A DNA stretch of 64,000 nucleotides from Bacillota bacterium (lineage in GTDB: Bacteria > Bacillota > Limnochordia > Limnochordales > DUMU01). The stretch covers positions 71,567 through 135,566 of the forward strand of contig DUMU01000033.1 in the NCBI GenBank assembly GCA_012839805.1, in the 5' to 3' direction. The translations under genes and the position numbers were made by a program. This document shows positions 29,568 through 37,660 of the stretch, one piece after another. Position 1 is the stretch's first letter; each line of letters starts with the position of its first letter. The notes under the pieces are model-generated. The model did not search any database and was not told where the DNA came from. It was given only the letters and a program-made list of their open reading frames with translations.

Positions 29568-30488
29568 TTGGAAGTAATTCCCATCATACCGCGGGGGTAC
29601 TGTTACGGGGTGGTGGGTGCCATCCAGCTGGTGCGCCGGGTGGCGGCCGACCCGTCGTACCCGCGGCCGATACAGGTGCTCGGGCAGATAGTTCACAACC
29701 GGCATGTGGTAGAGGAACTCGACCGGCTGGGGGTCGTCACCCTGGATGGACCGGACCGCCGGCAGCTCCTAGACCAGGTCCGGGGCGGGACCGTCGTTTT
29801 TACTGCCCACGGGGTGTCCCCGGCTATCCGGGAGGAAGCGGCCCGGAGGGGACTGCGGGTGGTGGACGCCACCTGTCCGGACGTGGAACGGACCCACGAC
29901 CTGGTTCGCCGGTTGGTGGCCGAGGGGTACGAGGTGCTTTACGTAGGCAAGCGCCACCATCCCGAGCCGGAGGGCGTGATCGGAGAGGCGCCGGAGAGGG
30001 TTCACCTGGTGGAATCGGAGGCCGATCTAGAACAGTTGCCACCCGAAGTCGAGAAGCGCCTACGAAGCGGTCCGGTGGCGGTGACCACCCAGACGACTCT
30101 CAGCCAATGGGATACACAGAGGGTCATCCGTGCGATCCAGGCGCGTTACCCCGGGGTGGAGGTGTATAACGAGATCTGCCGGGCGACCCAGACCCGGCAG
30201 GAGGCGGCGGTGGAGGCGGCCCGGGAAGCGGATCTGGTGCTGGTCGTGGGCGACCGGCGCAGCAACAATGCCAACCGTCTGGTTCAGGTGGTGCGGGAGG
30301 TGGCGGGGAAGCCGGCGTACCTGATCGATGATCTCGATGAACTGCAGCCCCAGTGGTTGCGAGGCGCCCGCCGGGTGGCGGTGACCGCCGGTTCTTCGAC
30401 GCCCAGTGAAATAACCCGGAGGGTGATCGCCTGGCTGAAGGAGCAGCAACCCGTTCCGGCTGAGGCGGGGGGCGGGGAGTCCCGGTGA
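29568..30488 (+). CDS. ispH: 4-hydroxy-3-methylbut-2-enyl diphosphate reductase
   Basis: Three cluster-Cys contexts (PRGYCYGV, DATCPDV, EICRATQTRQ) plus TAHGVSP and VVGDRRSNNANRL. TTG start. Confidence 0.9.
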   Translation: MEVIPIIPRGYCYGVVGAIQLVRRVAADPSYPRPIQVLGQIVHNRHVVEELDRLGVVTLDGPDRRQLLDQVRGGTVVFTAHGVSPAIREEAARRGLRVVDATCPDVERTHDLVRRLVAEGYEVLYVGKRHHPEPEGVIGEAPERVHLVESEADLEQLPPEVEKRLRSGPVAVTTQTTLSQWDTQRVIRAIQARYPGVEVYNEICRATQTRQEAAVEAAREADLVLVVGDRRSNNANRLVQVVREVAGKPAYLIDDLDELQPQWLRGARRVAVTAGSSTPSEITRRVIAWLKEQQPVPAEAGGGESR

Positions 30489-31162
30489 TCTATTTCGCTG
30501 GCCGGCTGGGCGGCCGGGCTACCTCTCCCTGGCGTGAACAGGCCGAACTCCGGCTCAAGGCGCGCGTCGCCCGGCTCAACCGGCTGTGGGCGGCGGTTTT
30601 CCCGGAAGCGGCAGAGTCCCCGCCCTTGGAGCTGTTGGAAAAGGATGCCTTTGGCGGGTGGCTTGCCCCCTCCGAACCAGGCGAACGAGGAGCGGAGCCC
30701 TCGCTTTGGTCCCGTTTAGTCTTATCTTTTCTTGCGCCGGCCGTAAACGAATTGACGGGCGGCTGGCCGCGCCGGGCGGCAATCCTGCTGGCCATTGGCG
30801 TCGGTGAGGATGGCGAGGCGGCCCGGGAGAGGGCCTGGGCGGCCCTGGCGGCCAAGGAGGTCGGCCCGGTCAAGCTGGTCAGCGGTGAGCCCGAGACGGA
30901 CGCCGCTCTGACCAGTCTCTGGGCTTTGACCGAAGCGGTTGCCGGGTCCTGGACCGCCCGCCAGCGCCGGCTCTACCAGCTCTACTGCCAGCACGGCCGG
31001 CGGGTTTCGCAGGTCGCGGAGGCGGGGGGGATGAGCGCGTCGGCCACCAGTCACATGCTGCACCGGATGCACGTGCGGGAAGTGGAGGAAGGGCGAAAGG
31101 CGTTCTTTGTCTTGCTGGCGCGGCTTCTCGAGGACCGGTTTGCCAGACCGCGTCAAAGCTAA
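30485..31162 (+). CDS. hypothetical protein with a C-terminal HTH-like segment (weak SatD-like resemblance)
   Basis: The GTG start overlaps the ispH stop (GTGA). The C-terminus is RQRRLYQLYCQHGRRVSQVAEAGGMSASATSHMLHRM. No confident family assignment can be made by eye. Confidence 0.4.
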   Translation: MIYFAGRLGGRATSPWREQAELRLKARVARLNRLWAAVFPEAAESPPLELLEKDAFGGWLAPSEPGERGAEPSLWSRLVLSFLAPAVNELTGGWPRRAAILLAIGVGEDGEAARERAWAALAAKEVGPVKLVSGEPETDAALTSLWALTEAVAGSWTARQRRLYQLYCQHGRRVSQVAEAGGMSASATSHMLHRMHVREVEEGRKAFFVLLARLLEDRFARPRQS

Positions 31163-31293
31163 CCCGGGCCCCGGTCTTTTTGTGCCCACGCGAGGGTGGG
31201 GGAATGGGGGTACGTTACCGTCGACCCGCCGGGGTCCGGCGGTGGGAGGGAACCCGGCGGCAGGAAATGACCGGTGGATGTGGAAGGAGTAAA

Positions 31294-32091
31294 ATGGTTC
31301 GATCATCCTGTTCTTTGGGAGGGCTTGCGGTCATGGATAGGCTTACACTAGGCAAAGGGCGCGGGTTGGCAGGCGGGGCGTGGGTCGTGGCGGTGCTGAC
31401 CCTGGCACTGGCGGTGGTAGCCTTGGGTTCGCTGGCGCAAGCCGCCGGAATCGTGGAGCAGGTGCGCCGGCCTGACGGGAAGACCCTCATGATTACCGGT
31501 CGTAACCAGCTCCAGGCTGAAGCGATCCAGGCCTACTACCACCTCATGATTGTTTACACTCCTGACTTTGGCCAGCCGGTGACCGTTCTGGGTGGCCCCA
31601 CCACGGTGGTGGCCGTCTCCGGCGGCGTAGTCTCCGCCATTAAGACTGACGTACCCCCCGGACAGGTACCCCTGGCGATCCCTGCTGATGGATACCTGAT
31701 AGTCGGAATTGGTAAGGGATGGGAATTCCTCAAGGCGCTCAAAGTGGGGGACAAGGTCGACATTATTGAGAGAGAAGCGGTTACGCCCGATCCGCTGCCC
31801 ACAGCCGTGGTGGCTGAGACCGGCGAAGTGATCCCCATTACCAATTGGAATACCGGTCGCGGCCCGAATGAGTTGATCGTTTACACGCCCGATTGGGGTA
31901 ACTGCACCTACACGAATATCTGGGGTGCGGAAGCCCTGGTGCAAAACGGCGAAGTAGTATACGTGCGCCAGATCAAAGAAAACCCGCCGCTGGACATCCC
32001 CGAGGGAGCAATCGTGATCTCCGGGCACGATCAGGCGGGGTTCTGGATCATCGCCAACCTGATTCCGGGCAGCAAGGTCAGCCTAGAATAA
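31294..32091 (+). CDS. secreted or membrane-anchored protein made of two homologous ~90-aa modules, function unknown
   Basis: GGAAGGAG lies upstream of ATG 31294. The signal-like segment is GAWVVAVLTLALAVVALGSLAQA. There is an internal duplication between residues ~100-197 and ~215-303 of the 31180 ORF. Confidence 0.5.
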   Translation: MVRSSCSLGGLAVMDRLTLGKGRGLAGGAWVVAVLTLALAVVALGSLAQAAGIVEQVRRPDGKTLMITGRNQLQAEAIQAYYHLMIVYTPDFGQPVTVLGGPTTVVAVSGGVVSAIKTDVPPGQVPLAIPADGYLIVGIGKGWEFLKALKVGDKVDIIEREAVTPDPLPTAVVAETGEVIPITNWNTGRGPNELIVYTPDWGNCTYTNIWGAEALVQNGEVVYVRQIKENPPLDIPEGAIVISGHDQAGFWIIANLIPGSKVSLE

Positions 32092-32266
32092 GCCGGGGGC
32101 GGTCCAGGTGGAATCTAGCCCCGGGCGGATGCGGCCAAAGTGAGGTGGCTCGGGCCGGCAAGGGGGTTCCCCTCTCGCCGGCCCGGTTTTCGTTTCCCGG
32201 TTTTCGTTTTTCGGCAAGTTTCTTTGGCGAGCTCCCGCAGGTTTCGTGCGGTACGGCAGTATCTTC

Positions 32267-33466
32267 TCAGCGAACGACGTTTGCGGCCACCTCCCGGGCA
32301 GCTCGAGCGGCCGTACCCGGGGCGACCCGGGTGGCACCCTCCGCAATCAGGACCTCTTCGAGACCGTTGAGGGCGGTGATCACGTCCTCTTCGCTGACCG
32401 CGCCCATGTGGGCAAAGCGCCAGATCTTCCCCTTGAGCTGACCCTGTCCTCCCGCAGCCACGATCTTCTTCTCGTCCCGTAGCCGGGCCAGGACTTTGGA
32501 CCCGTCCACCCCCGGGGGAACGAGCACCGCGGTGACGGTCGGCGAAGCTATGGCATCGTCCTTGACCAAAGTCTCGAGACCCAACGCCCTCACTCCCGCC
32601 CGCAGCATCGCCCCGCGCCGGCGATGGCTGGTGAAGGTCGCCTCGAGTCCCGTGGCCGCGATGCGCTTGAGCCCGGCTTGCAGGGCGTACCAGAGGCTGA
32701 CCGCGGGGGTGTAGGGCGTCTCGCCCCGTTCACCGAACTTGCGGGCGGCGCGGTAATCCCAGTAGTAGCGGGGGAGGCGGGCTTTTTCCACCGCGGTCCA
32801 GGCGCCGGGTGCTACGGCCACGATACCGAGGCCGGGCGGGCTCATCAGTGCCTTCTGGGAGGCGGTAACCACCACGTCGACGCCCCACTCGTCCATGCGC
32901 ATGGGAATTCCCCCGAAGGCGCTGACCGCGTCGACTACCAGGAGCAGACCGAATTCTTTCACCACGGGCCCGAGCGCGGCCAGATCCAATGTGACTCCGG
33001 TGGAAGTTTCGTTTTGGGTCAGGATGACGCCGGCAAGGGCGGCCGGGTCGTGGCCCGCAAGGTAAGCCCGCAGGGTATCCGGACCGATCGCTTCGCCCCA
33101 GGGGACATTGAGCTCCTCGGCGTTCACTCCGAAGGCCCGGGCGATTTCGGCAAAACGGTGGCCGAACTCACCCATCACTCCGACTACCACCCGGTCACCG
33201 GGCGAGAAGAGGTTGACGACGGCCGACTCCATGACGCCGGTTCCCGATGCGGGGAAAACCAGGATGGTGCCTTCCTTCGTCCCAAAGAGGGGACGCAAGC
33301 CGGCTTCTATATCCCGGTAGAGGGAGACAAACTTCGGCCCGCGATGGTTGATGAGGGGGCGGCAGGCGGCCTGCCGGATCTCCCGGGGCACGGGCGTCGG
33401 CCCGGGGATCATCAGTAGCTCGTCTTCCGGAGGGACGAGATAGGCGGTATCCTGCAGTTCAACCAT
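32267..33466 (-). CDS. class V PLP aminotransferase (AGXT / serine-glyoxylate / serine-pyruvate type)
   Basis: PLP-lysine context VVVTASQKALMSPPGLG and N-terminal LMIPGPTPVP. GGAAGGAG lies upstream of the ATG. Confidence 0.85.
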   Translation of the reverse strand: MVELQDTAYLVPPEDELLMIPGPTPVPREIRQAACRPLINHRGPKFVSLYRDIEAGLRPLFGTKEGTILVFPASGTGVMESAVVNLFSPGDRVVVGVMGEFGHRFAEIARAFGVNAEELNVPWGEAIGPDTLRAYLAGHDPAALAGVILTQNETSTGVTLDLAALGPVVKEFGLLLVVDAVSAFGGIPMRMDEWGVDVVVTASQKALMSPPGLGIVAVAPGAWTAVEKARLPRYYWDYRAARKFGERGETPYTPAVSLWYALQAGLKRIAATGLEATFTSHRRRGAMLRAGVRALGLETLVKDDAIASPTVTAVLVPPGVDGSKVLARLRDEKKIVAAGGQGQLKGKIWRFAHMGAVSEEDVITALNGLEEVLIAEGATRVAPGTAARAAREVAANVVR

Positions 33467-33715
33467 GGAATCTCCTTCCTTCTATCGGGCTCTGCACGGT
33501 GGAGACCAGACCCGCCGGAGGGAATTCATCGCCGGGCTCCGGGGCCGCCGTGCCGGTCGGGCCGGGAGGTCTGCCGGGCAAGCCGGGTGAGTCAACATAC
33601 CGGGGCCGGGTAAGCCGGCAAACAGCAGGTGACGAGCGGCGAGGCCCGGCAGGGGCCGGCGGCGGCGAGCGACGGCAAAGCACGGGAACCGGAGAGGGCA
33701 GGGTCTCGGGGAACG

Positions 33716-34030
33716 AAAAAGCCCCAGCCGTTTTCCGGCTGGGGCGAACGCTTCCGGGTCGCGCCGCGGTGCCACCCAGGTTGCCCGGGCGCCGCGCCGC
33801 ATGGGTTGGCCTCCGGCGACCGGACCACTCGGCCTCGCTAACGGGTCGTCCCGGCTCGCCTTATCCCTGCCGCTACCCGCCCGGTCCGAGACCGGGCCCG
33901 TGTGGCAGGGCTTCGACGGCACCTCCGGGGCGGATTCGGCCAGGAGGGACACCGGCTCGCAGCCACCGCCGGCTCTCTGCGGTCCCTTCTCCGCCTACTG
34001 ATCCCCTTCATCGGCAGAGCTATGTAGATT
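33716..34030 (-). promoter_or_regulatory. T-box riboswitch leader with a Ser (UCC) specifier, ending in an intrinsic terminator
   Basis: Read on the minus strand. GA motif GCCGAUGAAGGGG, then AGUA and AGAGAG boxes. Specifier GAA-UCC-G, with UCC at 33932-33934. F-box CCCGUUAG. T-box GGGUGGCACCGCGG at 33764-33777. Terminator GCCCCAGCCG-GAAAA-CGGCUGGGGC plus UUUUU at 33716-33745. Confidence 0.85.
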
Positions 34031-34037
34031 TGTGCGT

Positions 34038-34067
34038 AGCGTATCATGTTACCAACGTCACAGTCAA
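34038..34067 (-). promoter_or_regulatory. promoter candidate for the T-box leader (TTGACT, 18 nt, TGaTACGCT)
   Basis: On the minus strand, TTGACT lies at 34067-34062 and an extended -10-like TGATACGCT ends at 34038. It is placed just upstream of Stem I. Confidence 0.45.
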
Positions 34068-34147
34068 TACCGTTCGGTCCGGTTCACGGGTATGGGCGAC
34101 CGGCGCCGCGGTCGGGCGGTACGACCGGCAGGACCTACCTCCTCATT

Positions 34148-35539
34148 TCACCTGGTAAGCAGCGGCAGTTGCAGCCAGAGCAGCAGCGTAGCCAGGGCAA
34201 GGGAAGGAACGGCCGTCACCAGCCCGGGCCAGAACCATTCCATGAAAGTGACGTGACGCTTTTCGTTCCGTTCCAGGAGTCCCAGGGCCACGATGTTGGC
34301 GGTGCTGCCGATGAGGGTGAGGTTCCCCAGGATCGTTCCGCCAAAGAGCATGCCCCACCAGAGCGGCGCGGTGTGAATGCCCTCCTTGGCCAGATCGCCC
34401 ACGATGGGGATGAAGCTGGCGACGGCCAGGACGTTGTCCATGAACGCGGTCAATGCGCCGATGCTCCAGGTGATCACGAGGAGCAACGGGGTGATCGCCC
34501 CGCCGGTCACGTGAACCATTCCCGCCGCGATCCGGTCGGTCACCCCGTTATAGCGCAGCGTGCCGGCAGAGGCAAAGAGGAGAAGGAAAAAAGCCAGGGT
34601 CCACCAATCCACCCGGCGTTCCACCAGTTCCCGGGCGTGGTGGCGTTCTACGAAGAGCACGATGGAGGCGGCCACCAAAGCGACACCGACCAGCATCGTG
34701 TTCATCTGGAGGTTGAAGGCGTGTTCGATCTGCTTATGAAACACCAGCCCGAGCACGGTACCGATAAACAGGATTGAAGGAAAGAGCAGACTTCCCCGAG
34801 GGTGGCCCACAGCTTCCGTGAGCGTTTCCCGGTTCGGCTGGCCACGGGAGGCTCGAATGCTCTGCTCCAGTTCGGCCAGGGGGCGCCTGAAATACACGAA
34901 GGAAAGGACCACGGTCAAGAGCCATGCGGCCAGGGCGATGGGGGTGGCCCAGCGCAGGAAATCGGGGAAGGAGAGCCCGCCCCGGAGCGCGATCAAGACC
35001 CCGATAGGGTTGCCCACCACGGTGGCGCTGCTTCCGATGTTGGTGGCAAAGACCGTCATAATGATGTAAGGGACCGGATTTAGCTTGTATTGCCGGGAGA
35101 TACGCAGCACGATGGCGGACATGAAAAGGATCGAGGTCACCTCATCGACCAAAGCGGCGGAAAGGAACGCGAGACCCATGATGGCCGCCATGAGCCCTCG
35201 GGCTGAACCGCCCACGTAAGGAAGGAGTTTCTCGAGCACGGCTTCGAAGAAGTGTCGTTCTTCGAGAAAGCCGATGATCGTCATCATGCCGACCAGGAAA
35301 AGGATAACGTCGAGGCTGGCGAACTCGACGAGATGGGGAATGTCGATGAGGCGGGAGGCGAGCAACACGCCAATGCCGGCGAAGGCGAAGGCGAGACGGA
35401 AAGGCCAGTAAAAGAGCGTGCCGGCGATGAAACCGACAAAGACGGCGATAGAGATGATCTGCGGGCCGGTGAATCCGGCGAGGAACGCGATGAGCGCGGC
35501 CGCCCCTACCACGGCGATGTAGGATAGGACCTTGGTCAT
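34148..35539 (-). CDS. ArsB/NhaD-superfamily (CitMHS-like) ion/anion permease
   Basis: 463 aa with about 12 TM segments and a two-fold repeat architecture. The substrate cannot be inferred. Confidence 0.6.
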   Translation of the reverse strand: MTKVLSYIAVVGAAALIAFLAGFTGPQIISIAVFVGFIAGTLFYWPFRLAFAFAGIGVLLASRLIDIPHLVEFASLDVILFLVGMMTIIGFLEERHFFEAVLEKLLPYVGGSARGLMAAIMGLAFLSAALVDEVTSILFMSAIVLRISRQYKLNPVPYIIMTVFATNIGSSATVVGNPIGVLIALRGGLSFPDFLRWATPIALAAWLLTVVLSFVYFRRPLAELEQSIRASRGQPNRETLTEAVGHPRGSLLFPSILFIGTVLGLVFHKQIEHAFNLQMNTMLVGVALVAASIVLFVERHHARELVERRVDWWTLAFFLLLFASAGTLRYNGVTDRIAAGMVHVTGGAITPLLLVITWSIGALTAFMDNVLAVASFIPIVGDLAKEGIHTAPLWWGMLFGGTILGNLTLIGSTANIVALGLLERNEKRHVTFMEWFWPGLVTAVPSLALATLLLWLQLPLLTR

Positions 35540-35722
35540 GATACCTGGAGACTCCTTTCTGGATGTGCTGGTCTCGGCTAGGCTGCCTTCCCTGCACGAT
35601 CCTTCTTAACATATCCGCTTTGGGCTGCTTTCGCAAACTTGACGGGCGCTCAAGCTCCTGGCCCGGCCTCCGCTCGAGCCACTTGCTGCAGTCGCCAGCA
35701 CGCCGGGTCCGGCCCGGCCCGC

Positions 35723-37435
35723 CTAGTCGAACGGTGAACGGAGTACGGCCCCGCGGCTGGCTGAAGTGACGAAGTGGGCGTAGCGGGCGAGCCAACCGGT
35801 ACGGACCTTAGGAGCCGGTGGCTGCCAGCGGCGGCGGCGCCGGGCCAGCTCTTCGTCGGAGACCTCCAGCTCCAGCCGGCGCCGGGGTATGTCGATGGAG
35901 ATTATGTCGCCCGGTTCGATGAGGGCGATCGGTCCTCCCTCGGCCGCTTCCGGGGAGACATGGCCCAGGCAGATGCCCCGGGTACCGCCGCTGAAACGCC
36001 CGTCGGTAATCAGGGCCACGCTCTTGCCAAGGCCCATGCCTACGATGGCCGAAGTCGGCGAGAGCATTTCCGGCATTCCCGGACCGCCCCGGGGGCCTTC
36101 GTAACGGATCACAACCACGTCCCCCGGCTTCACCTTGCCGGCTTTGATCCCGGCGTCTGCCTCCTCTTGAGACTCGAAAAGCACCGCCGGACCGCGGTGG
36201 TAGGTGACATCCGGGTCGACCGCGCCCGTTTTGAGCAGCGCTCCCTCCGGAGCGAGATTCCCAAAGAAGACCGCGAGGCCTCCGGTGGGGCTGTAGGGGC
36301 GGTCAAGGGGCCGGATTACTTCGGGGTCTTTGACCGCTGCCGATTCGATATTCTCGCCCAGCGTCTTCAGGGTGACGGTGGGACGGTCGAGGTGGAGGAG
36401 GTCAGGAATGGCGGTGAGCTCTTTGAGGATGGCGGAGATCCCACCCGCCCGGTCCACGTCTTCGATGTGCCAGCGGGAGGCGGGACTGACCTTGGCGAGG
36501 TGCGGTACTCGTTCCGCAAGGGCATTCAAACGTTCCAGCGGGTACTCGAACCCGGCCTCGTGAGCGATGGCAAGACCGTGCAGCACCGTGTTGGTCGAAC
36601 CGCCCATGGCCATATCCAGCGCAAAGGCATCGTCCATGGCCTCCAGGCTCACGATGTCGCGGGGGCGCAAATCGGCCTCCACCAGCTTCAGGATGTGCGC
36701 GGCCGCCACCTCGGCCCACCGGGCGCGCTCCGGAGTTCCGGCGAGAATCGTCCCGTTGCCGGGGAAGGCCAGCCCCAGCGCCTCGAGGAGGCAATTCATG
36801 GAGTTGGCGGTGAACATTCCGGAACACGAACCGCATCCCGGACAGGCCAGCCGTTCAATCTCGGCCAGCCTTTCTTCCGTTATGTTACCGGCCTTGAGTG
36901 CCCCGACCCCTTCGAACACCGAGATCAGGTCGAGCGCCTGGCCGCTTGAGTCGCGGCCGGCCGCCATCGGGCCCCCGCTGATGAAGATGGTGGGAATGTT
37001 GACCCTAAGTGCCCCCATGATCATGCCCGGTACGATCTTGTCGCAGTTGGGAATGCAGATCATCCCATCGAACCAGTGGGCGGTTACCATGGTCTCGATG
37101 GAGTCGGCGATCAACTCCCGGCTGGGAAGGGAGTAGCGCATACCGATGTGGCCCATGGCGATACCGTCGTCCACGGCGATGACATTGAACTCGAACGGGA
37201 CTCCGCCCGCCCGCCGCACCGCCTCTTTGATCAGGCGGCCGAACTCTTGCAGGTGGACGTGGCCCGGCACGATGTCGCAATACGAGTTGGCGACGGCGAT
37301 GAAGGGCTTGTCGAAGTCCTCGTCCCTCACTCCCGTCGCCCGGAGCAGGCTCCGGTGCGGGGCCCGGTCGACTCCCTTCTTCACCATGTCGCTCCTCATG
37401 GCTCTGGGTGCTTGGCCTGGTCTGTGTTCTTGCAC
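35723..37435 (-). CDS. ilvD: dihydroxy-acid dehydratase
   Basis: Carries [25 protein letters not shown] and [20 protein letters not shown] 37435 is preceded by AAGGGGG. ATG 37399 is an alternative start. Confidence 0.9.
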   Translation of the reverse strand: MQEHRPGQAPRAMRSDMVKKGVDRAPHRSLLRATGVRDEDFDKPFIAVANSYCDIVPGHVHLQEFGRLIKEAVRRAGGVPFEFNVIAVDDGIAMGHIGMRYSLPSRELIADSIETMVTAHWFDGMICIPNCDKIVPGMIMGALRVNIPTIFISGGPMAAGRDSSGQALDLISVFEGVGALKAGNITEERLAEIERLACPGCGSCSGMFTANSMNCLLEALGLAFPGNGTILAGTPERARWAEVAAAHILKLVEADLRPRDIVSLEAMDDAFALDMAMGGSTNTVLHGLAIAHEAGFEYPLERLNALAERVPHLAKVSPASRWHIEDVDRAGGISAILKELTAIPDLLHLDRPTVTLKTLGENIESAAVKDPEVIRPLDRPYSPTGGLAVFFGNLAPEGALLKTGAVDPDVTYHRGPAVLFESQEEADAGIKAGKVKPGDVVVIRYEGPRGGPGMPEMLSPTSAIVGMGLGKSVALITDGRFSGGTRGICLGHVSPEAAEGGPIALIEPGDIISIDIPRRRLELEVSDEELARRRRRWQPPAPKVRTGWLARYAHFVTSASRGAVLRSPFD

Positions 37436-37620
37436 GCCGGTTACCCCCTTTTGAATTCATGAGCCTTTCGCCAGTTCACCGTGGATTCCTGCCGGCGGTG
37501 CCGGCCAACCCGGTCCGAACCCTCTCACAGGCTGCTCTCCCCGGATGGCGCGGTCGAAAACGAGCCGGGTTGCGGCAAGCGAGCAGGGGTTTCGTGCCCG
37601 CCGGGGTGAACGGCATCCCG

Positions 37621-37629
37621 TGGTATACT
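37621..37629 (+). promoter_or_regulatory. extended -10 promoter candidate (TGgTATACT) for lpd
   Basis: Located 32 nt upstream of the preferred GTG start (37661). GGAGGGGG at 37643-37650 would serve as the RBS. Confidence 0.4.
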
Positions 37630-37660
37630 CGCAGTGATTCATGGAGGGGGTGTCGAAGTA

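Noticed and set aside
33467-34147. Possible RNase P RNA, tmRNA, SRP RNA or cobalamin riboswitch in the 680-nt gene-free region. A GGAGACCAGACC string resembles a B12 box.
   Set aside because: There is no GGAAAGUCC / ACAGAA P4 motif, no tmRNA termini and no GGAAGCAGC SRP motif. The B12-box-like string is on the wrong strand with no downstream gene. The minus-strand reading gives a complete T-box leader instead.
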